DNA from: Lingula anatina
Lineage: Eukaryota; Animalia; Brachiopoda
Reading direction: 5' to 3'
Assembly (NCBI GenBank): GCA_051362555.1
Contig: CM120645.1
Span: 24,270,934 to 24,334,933 of the forward strand
DNA: 64,000 nt
Within the stretch, counting starts at the first letter, position 1, and every line of letters begins with the position of its first letter. Below the pieces are notes generated by a model. The model was not told the origin of the DNA and searched no databases. It worked only from the letters and a program-made list of their open reading frames with translations. Below, piece after piece: positions 1 through 12,100 of the stretch. The translations under genes were made by a program, and so were the position numbers.

Positions 1-223
1 CCAAGGTTAATTATTCCTCTGTCAAATTACTGTTATTGTTTTCTTGGAATATTGTGGCAAGGCTGATACGTTAGTAAGTAAAAACATTACACAACAAAAC
101 AAGTAAAAATAAAAAAACTCCACTTACATTCACCGAAAACTAGTATATCTACCAAAGTTAGTACCGGATTAATTATCAATTATTGTCTGTGAGCAATTAA
201 GCGGGTTGTACTCTAGAACTCAC

Positions 224-757
224 CTGAGCTGGATCTTGTCTTGCTTCTTGCTCTAGCTAGGGCTGAGGTGGCTTTGAACATACTGGCGGCTGCGGAGTGG
301 AACCCCAGACTGGCTCCATAGTCTGTACCGGTCACATAGGCAGGGTAGGTGGCCATAGGATGAGAGGGCATGGATCCGGCCATACTGGACATAGTAGGCA
401 TGGTACTACTGCTGGACATTGCACTGGACATGTGGTTTGGGCTGCCTCCAACGTCGGCCTTTGATGGTTTGTTTTCGGGGGAGTATTCTGGAGACGCCTG
501 CATGTCGGGGGTGACGTCTTTAGGTGGTGTCGGCGGGAAACTGAAGGTTGACGATGTGTTGTGGTGGGGGGCGGCAGCCAGGGAGCTGTGCACGGAGAGA
601 GGGGCGGTGGGGCTGGGGTGGCTCAGGGCCTTACTACTGCTGAAGGGGCTGATCCAGGCCCCGCTGTGAGCGTGTGGTACCACGGCAGACTTGGTGGAGT
701 CGGTAAGCCAGGGGTGGAGGGGAGGTGGGAAGTGCGGGAGGGTCATCTGGCTGCTAC
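224..757 (-). CDS. GATA123: GATA1/2/3 transcription factor, coding exon 2 (gene continues beyond the window start)
   Basis: Acceptor tctctctctgcag|GTAGC at 757 and donor AGCTCAG|gtgagt at 224, both phase 1. Encodes PHFPPPLHPWL, FSFPPTPPKDVTPD and ARSKTRSSS(E). These are GATA2/3 hallmarks, ending at the conserved intron just before zinc finger 1. The zinc fingers themselves are not in the window. Confidence 0.92.
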
Positions 758-3700
758 CTGCAGAGAGAGAAATAAATACAATTATCTTGACTGACTGGGA
801 GCTTCCTTAACACATGGAGTCCTATTACATGTTAAAATAATTTCTTTCTTTCTGAAGATGATAAAATTGTGAAAAATCTTGCTACCAACAAGTAAGATTT
901 ACAGATGTTTTAATTTAAACTTTCACTGAAAAATAATCTCTTGTTGTTAAAATATCTTAAGCCAAAAAAAGAAAGAAAAAAGAAATATTCTCATCCACAC
1001 TATCAGTCAGTGTCTGTAAAAATCACTGGCGACAACTAAATCCTTAAAAACAAACAAAACCATCCCACATCGTGGCCACAGACAACGCTCCGGGTCTGGA
1101 CGGAGTAAATGAGCTTACTAACAACCAGAGCTAATTAATTGGGTTAGCCACTTCGCTTCCCAGCACATTCATGATATCATTTCAGTGGGAAAAATATCCC
1201 AGTTAATTGGAGTGTGTGAACAGCAAAGAAGTAATCAGGCGAACAGAAACAAATAGGGACAATTTTTAGTGTTTTTTAACACTAAAAATATAATATATAG
1301 CAAATGTCTAAAAACCATCTAGAAACATGCTTTTAAAAAGATATATACCAAAATTCAGGGTTAAAAATAAAAGACCTAGCTTACATATTTTTTTCGGGAG
1401 CGGGCATTTGAACGGCAAGGGACGGCAAACATTTGGACATAGCAGCAACCTCGCCTTCTGCCTCCTTCAGCACTTTCTCCGCAAACGAGAACGCTACGTT
1501 CTTTCAAATTACTTTCTAATCGTTTCTCTCTTTTTTTTCTACGCCGCTTCAAAAATAGCCCCAGTGAACGAAGTGAGGCAGTGAAGCCGGCTAACAAACA
1601 GGCAGGCATTCGTTCTCTTGTCAGACTCAGCAAGCGCGGTTAAATGCAAGCAAATTGTTTTTAATATCATTAATTGTGAACTAATTGAGTTTCGCGGATC
1701 GAGTTAAACGTCTGGTTTCCATACTTGTTCAATTTACTTGATACTATGTGACACCGGCTGATTGAGTTGAATTCTCAGTAGTCTCGGCAGCCCTCGAGTC
1801 GCTGGCGTTGTGGGATTGAAAAATCCACTGAATTTAACCCCTGTGTTGAGGCTTCAGGAAAACATCGCTCAAAATTACCTCCAGGGCTATGGAGAGGTTC
1901 AGTACTTCAGCCGACTAGGTAGCTTATCATGGACGATCGATTGTTAACCAGTTAGCCCGATACTATGACTGATAGCACGGTGATCAACAATGAAGGCTTG
2001 TAGATTGTAATTCATCCTCGACCAAATAATCTGTCAATTTTTCAGTAGTTGATGCCGTTGTTTGGCGGTGTTTCATGGTCTCAAAATCAATACATAATTA
2101 AGGTTTTAGAAATAAACTGATATCAAAACGACTAACTCACCGGCTTCTTCCATGTTTCTCTTACCGACTCACTCGTGCCTACCAACTAACAACCGAACAA
2201 TATACTGCGGCTTTTCTGAAATATTTTTCCTTTTCTATGCCTTTCCTTTACCGGGGCTCCCCAACTTCACATTGCCCTTGCTATTTCTTGTGGTTTTTGC
2301 TTTATCTTATCGACTGCAGCAGGAAGCCGTGCTTAACATATAGCACTTATCTTCACTGTGTCAGACGCGCTTACTATGTATTTTTTGAACTTATATATAA
2401 ACGAGCAGCATGCATCTTATCCACCACATAACTGCCTCTGATTTTTCCTTTTCATCCGTTTTTATATTTGTTATCTACCAGTATGAACAATACGCGCTAA
2501 AGTGGTTGTGATTTATTGTTCGTTTCTATATACCTTGTATTTTATACCGCGTGCTGAAACCACGTTTTATTTTCTTCATGTAAGCACTTTGTTAAGATCT
2601 CATCTAAGGCAAAGATAACCAGAGAACTTCAAGATAAGTAGTTTGTATCAAAATGTGCATAGCAGACAGGGAGCATCACCTCCTTTGTGATGTTTTTGGA
2701 AACGCTTGGTAAAGAGAGGAGAGGAGGAACGCGGATATACCATGGCAGGGGCAAGCCGCGAAAACTGGGGTTTGTTTGGCAAGTGGCAACAAGTTGCACA
2801 GTGAGTCAGTTCACCGACTGTGACGCCCTGCAAACACTCTTTAAATCTGTCTAGAACGCTGCCATCTCTCAAGTGCAAACATGCCATTATCAGACTGGAT
2901 ACTGGTGTAATTAGTATATTATATTTCGCGCACGAAAAAAAACTTTATTTTTCAAATTTTAAGATTCATTAAATTTTTTCTCTATCAAGCGAAAGACAAT
3001 TATGAGTGCCTCGTCGATTAAAAAAATCTAGATTATTGCTTCAACCTAATTAAATTTTTTTTTTTTAATATCTGATATAATAGCAGGTCATCGCCCCACT
3101 TAAGCCCAAGTTTTGATTGACTCGACACTCGGACAGTTATTTTACCCGATTAGTAACGCTGCATACTATCCCAAAAGTTCTACATTTTCTGCCAAGTTAT
3201 TACTGTAACACATTTCCTAAGGATGCCCGAAACAATTTTTCTGGCTTGAGTGGCTGGGTAAATAAGTGAAATACTTGAAGATTTATGGTGACATCCTTTT
3301 GTTTTAGTTTAGTAGCTTATAAAAAAAGCTGGATCTTTTATTTCGGTTTAACATCTGTTGTTAGGTCGTGAGGGCGGCGTAAAGAGGGGAACTGTTGTGA
3401 TGCTAGGCTCGCGTGTGCGCTCGTGGCGGTCACAGATAATTTGAAAACGTTTAAATTTTCCGTGTCTTAAAAATCAGTTTTCAAGTAGAAATAGAAATTT
3501 TATACCCCGTAAAAAGATCTGAGGGCCGCGATGACACCGTAGTTTTCTTGTGGTTAACGCTGGCAACAAACTCTTTAATGATATAAAAAGGCGTACAAAA
3601 CATCAACAAAATACATCCGTATTCAGATATATTGTTTCCTAATTTTAACCTGAAATTGCAACACCGTGACTGTTTTCAACACGCCTGAGATGACTATTTA

Positions 3701-5572
3701 GTTTTTTGAAAGAAAAGGTTGAAGAATGCAAAATATCTCCTTCACAAGCTTTTCATCGAAACCACCGAAGTTTAAACGCTGTCCTTGTAATTAGAGAGAG
3801 ACACCGTGTAACAAGACCGCAACAAAAGGGGCAGAAAAATAAGAAATATTTTTATGAATTCTCAGGACGCAGACTGTCTATACTTAAGTACTAGTAATTT
3901 CCATTCGAAGACGCGTTCGTGCTAGTTGGTACCAGAAATATTTAACCAGAATAATAAGACAGAACGTTATTACTAGAAAAGGCGTGGGGACTTAAAGGAC
4001 TATTTAAAGTGAGCATGGGAGAAAGGTGGGATAATTAACGATGAAGTCACCTTAATGAAATGACTGGACAGTAAGCTGAGTGTCCGAGGGTTTTTAATGC
4101 CTCATGCAATGGGTGAGCAAACCGTGAGAATTTCCTGGTCTGTCGAAGACGAGGGAGCTAATTGAATTTCAAATGTTATTTTTGACTGTCACGCGAGCAA
4201 TTACACCTCTCTGGTCACAGTTATGCTGGCAATTCTGACATCTGCCAAGCTCTAGATACAGCACTGTCAGTTTTAGATGTCATTGTTAATTGATAATTGG
4301 ACTCGAGAGAGGCTATAGATCTACCTTATCACTAGAGCTTTAGAAAGAGGCTGCAGTCCCCCAGTGCATTATTGTTAAATGGCAGTTTCTTGACTTAATT
4401 ACTTTATTTTTAATTCCACTGAGACTAAAATTAGCAAACTTACGGTTTGAATATTCTTATTTATCTTAAATTATTTTAAATAAATTGGGTAAATTTTTAA
4501 TAACCCAGTTATTTATTTTTTTCTCTTTTACAAGAAAGATTCCACCTGGAACGGTATTATTTCATTATCTGCCGGAATTCTAATATTTTGTGTGGGGGGA
4601 ATGACACTGGGAGAATTACCCTTCACCCGACATCTGCCAAAAAACCTGGAATACCTTTACCTCGGCTGTTTGTGCTTTATTTTGTTGAGATTGTTTACCG
4701 GTGTCTAAGAGCTATCTCCCCTTTCTCTTCAAGTGCAGTAATTGACACTTCATCACTTTACCTGAGCGTCTGACAGCTCGATTTTTCGGTGCTTTTTTTG
4801 TAAACCTTGTTAATCAAAAACTGCCTGATCGGCACAGCAGGGGGAATTTTTTTTTCTTTTAATTCTAAAAGCCAATTATAAATACCACATATTTTCATGG
4901 GGTTCTTCTATTGCGGAAATTTTGTTATCATGTTTTTTGGGGGGTCAGATTTTAGAACGAATGTCGGCTTGTATTTTAACTCTATAAAAATAAAGAATAA
5001 TATTAATTCTAAAAAATCGTCACATTTACTTGGGACTGTAGTTAAGTAATAACCTTGAGGTTTTTCTGTGTTAGTACAACCAAGTGTACGTCAGGATTTA
5101 ATAAACGACCTGTCTCCATATTTTAGGAGACCAGTAGGATCTTCGCACGGGACGGGTGTTATATGGGGCCTGTTATAAAAGCTGACAAGTCACAGGAACC
5201 GGTGTTCTTATGGCCCATCCTGTAGTACAGACTACCCTTTCAACTCACACACCACCGACTTGCTCAACCCCACTGTGCTAGGATATCGCCAACTTAAAAC
5301 AAACCAAATAGCAGCACTTAAATTGCTGCTGTTTACAACTTGCCCACCATGTCATTGAATTCACTCGGACTAGCCCCACTACTACTACTATTACTGCTAC
5401 CTCCAGATAAACGTACAGGAGTTTAAAACCTATGATAAAGTCCAAAAATTAAGAGAACAATTTTCCTAGGAAGTAAACCCAATAGACTAGCTTTCCGTGT
5501 TATCTGGGGGTAGTAGAAGATGGGCATAAAGGTCGTGGATATGATAAAAGTGAACGCTCTCCTCGGACTTAC

Positions 5573-5762
5573 CTGTGCCATAGCCGTGCATGCCCTGGTT
5601 ACCGTAGTAGCGATCAGACTGGGTAGATCTGTAGAACATGTCCATATCAGCGTCCGCTGTAAGCATGGGGTTAGGGGCCTCCAGTCCCGTGGGTCGGCTC
5701 ACGTCGGGTCGTACCCAGGCAGACGCTGCTGAGCTCTGTTGGTGCTCGCTAGCAATATCCAT
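5573..5762 (-). CDS. GATA123: GATA1/2/3 transcription factor, coding exon 1
   Basis: ATG at 5762 (the ORF track starts at an upstream GTG). MDIASEHQ..W and DMDMFY resemble the GATA2/3 N-terminus (MEV..EQPRW, EVDVFF). Donor ACAG|gtaagt after 5573 gives 190 nt, phase 1, which joins exon 2 in frame. Confidence 0.85.
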
Positions 5763-5939
5763 CACTGTGTTTACGATGAAGTCGAAGTCAGTGTAGTAAT
5801 AGTTATCTTATCAATGATCGTTCAGTTAGATGTCGACGACTGATCAAGACTCGTAGTAAGCTACCAATGTTGATGACTACGATGTACTCAGTCTAACTTA
5901 AGTGAAAACCAAAGATAAATGATGAGTGATAGGGACGAG

Positions 5940-6140
5940 ATGCTGTCCTTTAAAGTAGCAAGGTGTCCAAGAGGGTTGGCCGAGCTGTGGAATTGCAGTC
6001 ACTGCTGAGCCAATCAGATAGCGGCGCCGGGTGATGACGTCGTCTCGCTTGGCCTGGAATATGCAAATGAGCATTTACAAATCATCAATGACAGCACGGG
6101 TTGGTTATTTATCTACGTCACGTGTGATTTATGGCCCCCT
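5940..6140 (-). promoter_or_regulatory. Putative GATA123 proximal promoter
   Basis: Within 200 bp: TATA-like TTTAAAG (~5949), CCAAT (6010), CAGATAG, CRE-like TGATGACGTC, octamer ATGCAAAT (6061-6068), CACGTG and Pbx/Hox-type TGATTTATGG (6125-6134). These lie 180-380 bp upstream of the ATG. Confidence 0.6.
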
Positions 6141-9100
6141 AACACGTACATGGGGGGTGGTCAACAGAAGTGACTGGCTGTCCCTGCCACCCCACCGGTC
6201 TGGAGAGAGAGTGGACACGGGTGTTTTACAAACAACTTTTTGGGAAACAATCACCGGGCTTGCAGCCGTCGCCTGCCATGTTGTGTTTCGTGTGATATAC
6301 ACGGTTGACTAGACCAGGACGACAAGCTTCGCCTTACTATTCCGAACAGAACACGGAGGCACACTGCAGTTTGCCACTGGTATCTACCTCAACCATCGGT
6401 ACAACCAAAACATGTCCACGCGTGCGCTCTTACAACTCGTGTTTTTAAACAAACAGAAGGAATTTCGCTTCGTTGCGGACTAACTAACCTGCATGTAAAC
6501 TAACTAACCTGCGGAAAGCACAAAAATTGGGAGAAAAAAATCGAAACTCGTGCTTACTTCCGTGCTGCCTTCTCTCGTCTCTTGCTCACTCGTTGGCCTT
6601 TTCTCCGAAGTTTTCTCAAGGTTTTCAAAACACGAGACGGTGTAAAATGGGCCCCACTAAACAAGTGAAGATTGTTTCACCCTTTTCTGCACATTTTTCA
6701 AGCACCGAGGCGCCATGAGCCCACGCTTCGCAGACATCAATGGCGAGACGTACAAAAAAATACCCAATCACAACAACTATTACAAAAACCACCCATTTCT
6801 GTTTAAACAACACAAATCAAAGCCTCTCTCACATTGGCTGGCGTTAATTCAACGAGTGATCCTCTTAATCCAGAAGTGTCAATCATAGGGGCGAGAATAA
6901 ACTAACAAATGGTAAATGACTGGTTTAGGTAGACTTCTCGTTTTACGTTCAGGGTAATAAGATGAGTTCAGATGTGTGGGGCAGATTTTGTATTACCTCA
7001 GCTCGGTCTTTCTTCCCTTTTGTTGTTTAAGAGACCGAAACAGCAAAATTACTATGTTAACAGGCATATTCTACATTATATTTTTACTGTGCATCCATTG
7101 TGCTTTGTTTTGTGATAGAAGCAACTCCTAAAAGACCTGAATAAAATGTTTAGGTAATGCTATATCGTAGCACTTTGGAAAAAAATCCCAGTATTCGAGC
7201 AGTGCGTGTTGGTCTTTGGCCAAAACGGCAGTCGTCAGAAAAAAAAAGGAAGAAAAGAAAAAGAAAAAGCCCAGGAATAAATCAACTCCTGCACAAGTCC
7301 CTCTGCTGGTTAATTACACATTAACAACTAGCGTGAAATTTAACTGAAAATTGAAACGTCTTGGCGCAGTTAACTTAAGTTGACTCTTTCTCTCTCTGAG
7401 CACGACGACGGCGGGTGGTGAACGGCGCGTCCAAGTCGGACTCCGTGCCACCGTCAGTGACTTAATTCTACGGTTCATTACTCCCCGCTATTGGGTAAGG
7501 TGTTCTAATGACGAGAGTCTGACCACCGATAGCCATGATAGGGGGATAATTAATTAAGACGATACAGCGACCGGAGTCCAGACAGTACGGCGTAACGGGG
7601 AATCCCAGTGGATAGGGATGCGCCGGTCAGGCGTTAATTGTCATGATCGCGACCTGATTATCTCGATAGAGGAGCTGATAGGATTGGAAAGTAAAACAAA
7701 CAATTGCGTCGCCGAGACTTTTTTCCACGTAGGTAGTCTAGGGTCTAGCATTGAGGACCTTTTCTAACGGTACCCGGGATCCAAACATCCGCCGCCCCCC
7801 TCCCGCCCCAGCTAGCGACAGTGATAACACCGCTAGAACACTGCAAGATAGAAGAACAATGAAAAAAATTAGGGAACCGTCCTGCGATTTGGGCGGGAGG
7901 GATATCTTGCAGACAAACAGTAATTAGACACTGTATCAGTGCTGCGATAAAACTTGATCATTGAAGATTGTATTATTGTGAAATAAGTCATGAAAATTCT
8001 GCGACATGGCTGTCTGTTCCAGACGTCCCCTCTGTGTCTTAACTTAGCGTCTTCGACAACCATCTATAATTTCACTTTTACCCAACCTTAAGCTAAATTA
8101 AGAAAAAATATTATTTATGTTTTTAAGGCAACATAATTGATTTTTAAAAATGGGTGTGTGCTATCAAATTATTATGTTTTCATTCTCAAACTGAAATAAT
8201 AAAATTGAAAAGTAGTAATACTTAACCAATAAGTAAAAGTGTTGCTATGCAGAGGTAGATATGAGTTGCACATCTTACTTGTTTTATTTTTTTAAGTCTG
8301 TTGATATTGGAGGCAATCTGTAAATATATATATATTTATGGGATTTTTTGGGTAAGAATAACTCTTCCCCTCTCTAATTTTCCGATGCTCTCTACTATGT
8401 GTTTCCTAGTATGGAATACAAAGTTACAATGGATACATAATACACGAGAAAATACAGAAAAAGGTGTAAGTGGAAAAGCGTTCATGACAATTATATTATT
8501 TTTTATGTGGAACGGTCTGTTTCTGATTGTTTGCTACTTTAAACTGAAAAAATTACATACTAGATTATTCAATGAATGTAAGTGTGAAAAATTCAGCATG
8601 TAACCAAAATAATAACATAAATGAAATCTCTCTATTTTGACCTGCGGTGAAGTCACTGGCCACAGATAACTTTTCCCAGTGTAAATATACTTTTGGAGGC
8701 TGATTTTTTTTCTGGGCAAGAAGAAATTTAACATTGTTATATCCTGCTTTGTTAAATGTCAGCTGTTCAGTTGTGGTAAGTTTTGATTAATTCCACACCT
8801 AAAACGACTAAGAATTGTTGAGAAAACCCATAGTACAAAGTCACAAAAAGTAGTTTCCTTAATTTAGGCAGATGCCTTTAACAAAAAACTACAAAAGAAA
8901 AAAGTGAAAATTCATGAAAAAGTAGGACACATAATACATATAAATATCCGACCTCTTACCTCCTAATCTGCCACTAGTTTACTCTGTGTGGAAATGAGTA
9001 GCTTTAATACAGCCGTTCTTAGTCTGTGTACTTGTATATACCCGAGGTTTATATCTTTGTATATCTCTCTGTCTATATAAGATTAACATTGAAATCTACA

Positions 9101-12100
9101 TAAACTACCGCGGCGAATTTAGATGGTAGCCATGATTTCATAAACCCATTGCCCCCCTCATGATTATAGATAGGTGATGGCACTAACTTGTACATGTTTG
9201 TGTGTTGTTTACATGTTAACACATGAAAAAAAAACTATACTTATGATTATGAAGTAAGAATTTAATCTACGCAAGTTATTTGCCGAAGGCGCGTCCCTGT
9301 ATTACAACACCCTTGCTAGAGTTGGATTACAATATGTTTAGGGAACGCCAATGAAATAACAAATTGGCTTCACGTTCCTAGTAGAAGAAGAAATGATAAA
9401 CCATTGTTGAGTTTAAAACAATAAAAAAAAAAACAGGATTATCCAAAAGATTTTTAGAACAGGATCTCTGCATCTTGCGCCCACGTGCCGCTGTCGTCTT
9501 CCTTCTTGAACAGTGACAGATTAAGCAGGCCGTAAACTCTCTCGGCCCAGCAAACTGTCAAATATCTAGCCACAGTTTATTCACAACTTCTTGGAAAGAT
9601 TACAACAACTGGTAAAACAGATGTCTTTATAAACAAAGGCGCGTGGCGAAGAAAAGATAAGGAAAAAGAGTTGAGAGGGTAACATAGGGTATCGATTGTA
9701 ATCTGAAAGAGTTAGCTTCGATAAGGGAATGTTACAGTAATTTAAGTAAATTTTAACACAATATTTAGTTTGGTAATAAGCGTAGGCCCACCGACCGTAC
9801 TTTAGCCACCTAATCCGCGGCGCGTGCTGGCAATTTTTTATTGAGAGGAAACTAAAGTCAACAACATAATGCAATATTTAAACTCGACTGCCAATTAAAA
9901 CAAAATCTTAATCTGCCAGATATTTATACAGTGGCATTGGACAACAGAGATCTCGAGACACTTTGCTCCTGCTCTCCACACGCAGCGAGAACAACAACAA
10001 CGCGAAGCTGAAGTCACGTCTCCAGTGATGTTTTCTATCCACGCTGGGTGCCTAGGTCTGAGACGCTGCAAGAAGGAAGCCTGGCTTACGGACACACTTT
10101 CCAGCCCTACATGCAGTAACTAAATGATGTGACAGACAGGGTCCCTTCTGCTCCCCGCCTCCTCTCTCCTCTAATTCTTAATTTTTAAAAATTATTTTTA
10201 TATTTCTTGACAAAATGCAATTCACCTTAAAAGGCTTTCTCAAAATACCATAGAAGTAGTAGATGACGAACAAAAATCATGCGCAATTTTAAATGTCTTT
10301 GATTTTTTTTCTGTTAAAACTGTCAATGCATTATGATAAATATTATTCCAAGTCGTATACAATTGAAATGTTAACATTAGCTTTTCAGCTATTCACTAAC
10401 AGAAAATATTTAGCTGTGATACTAATAGTAAACGTAATAATAACAAGTACCACTAGTTTCTGCGACATTCAGTTTTCAATATAAATTACAAGTCTATCTT
10501 GATGTGTTAATATTACACATGCTGCACTTGTATTTGGGTCCTTCCCAGAGTTTAAGTAATAGATTTTACTCCACCCAACCTAACAGCTTGTCTTGGTTCG
10601 ACCAGTCAATCATCCCAAAGTTTTGGCCTGGGATAAGAGAGAGATTTTATTACCATAACTTGTTGCGTTGAACCGGGGATATTAAGATTTTAATTTTCTC
10701 TGGGGTTAAAATAATTGATTCCGTCTGTTATAATCTACTGATCATCTACTGAAGGTTTTCTCGCTCGTCTACCAGGCTTCAAGTGGTTTGTTTCCATGTC
10801 GTTTTGTCAGAGCACTTGACACTTAATAAGTCAGCGTTTATAACTTACAACACTTCCTAATTTTTGTTTCAATATGTTGTATCTGAGAAGCATCCCGACC
10901 AATTAAAGTTATAATAATATTATAATATAAACTTGTCTGTCTTTCTCTGGCTTGTTCTTTTTTATTTAAAGTCGGAGGTTGCACTTCCCGGTCTGATAGA
11001 ACAGAGGAAGCAGATACCAGATGTAGAAGAAGATAGATTGATAGTCTACGTGATAAGTCTTTCCATCACATGAATGATAATATCAAAACTGTTCTCTTAT
11101 TACGGTAGTATTGCTATTTGTATCCCAACAGAAAAATTTATATCCATCAATTTGCTAGATTGGTGTTTATTCATCATTGGAGTATTCTTTGATGTTGTAT
11201 TTACATTTAAATGTTTTTATTCGGCATAGAAAACAAATAATCCGCCAATTTTTGAGTTAATATTTCAATATTTTTATACAATATATCGGAAATTATTCCT
11301 TGAAACCATTTCAGGCCAAGCATTTGTCGCATTAAGAACGGTTGCTGTAGTCTGTGTAGGGCTAAGCTTATTACAACGGTATACTAGCATTTAATGAGCT
11401 TCATATATAGAACATGCAGAGAAAACAACTTGAAAATTGCTCAATAATGTTTTGGGATAAAAGCCTTCCTTTGTCAGGGTGCAGTAGGGCAGGGAGCTTT
11501 AAGCTTCTCTTACGTCCTAAAACCGAGATCATTTTAAACAGATCTAAGAGCACTTGAGGCTAACGGCGAGTTACTCCGGCGACTTCTAAGCCAGGTTCGT
11601 CGCGGGCACCTTGATGCCAGCTAATGACACGTAATGAGTCTCCATTTCTTTTTTTCTTGGCCACTGACAGCGATACATTTGAATCGATGCGGCGAATAAA
11701 ACCGGCGGCGTACGCAAAGTTGCGCAAGCGTTCATTAAGGCCGCTCAGGTGCAGGTTAATGATTTCTCACCTAGTTGCGAGTAATTAGCCCCTATCTCAC
11801 TACACGAGCTCTGGTCTTGAGTACTACTTCGAACAAGGTCATTAGTAGACCCTAATGTCCCTCCTCCATGGTTTGTTGTTGATCAAAAGAGTCGTTACAA
11901 ATAATTTACTGATGATAAAGAAAGTTACAGGGTTCTCTCACCTTGGTGGGACTACTTCAAAGACTCGGTGTGACTTTCTTTTATTGTTTTGTATTTTTGA
12001 TTTTATCATCATTGGACCATTAGTACATAGGTAAAGCACCTGCACGTATCTGTGCGGACTTTTGATCCAGGTATTTCGATAGAGATAGAGCGCAGTTTCC

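Noticed and set aside
370-794. Plus-strand ORFs of 99 and 77 aa
   Set aside because: Antisense shadows of GATA exon 2.
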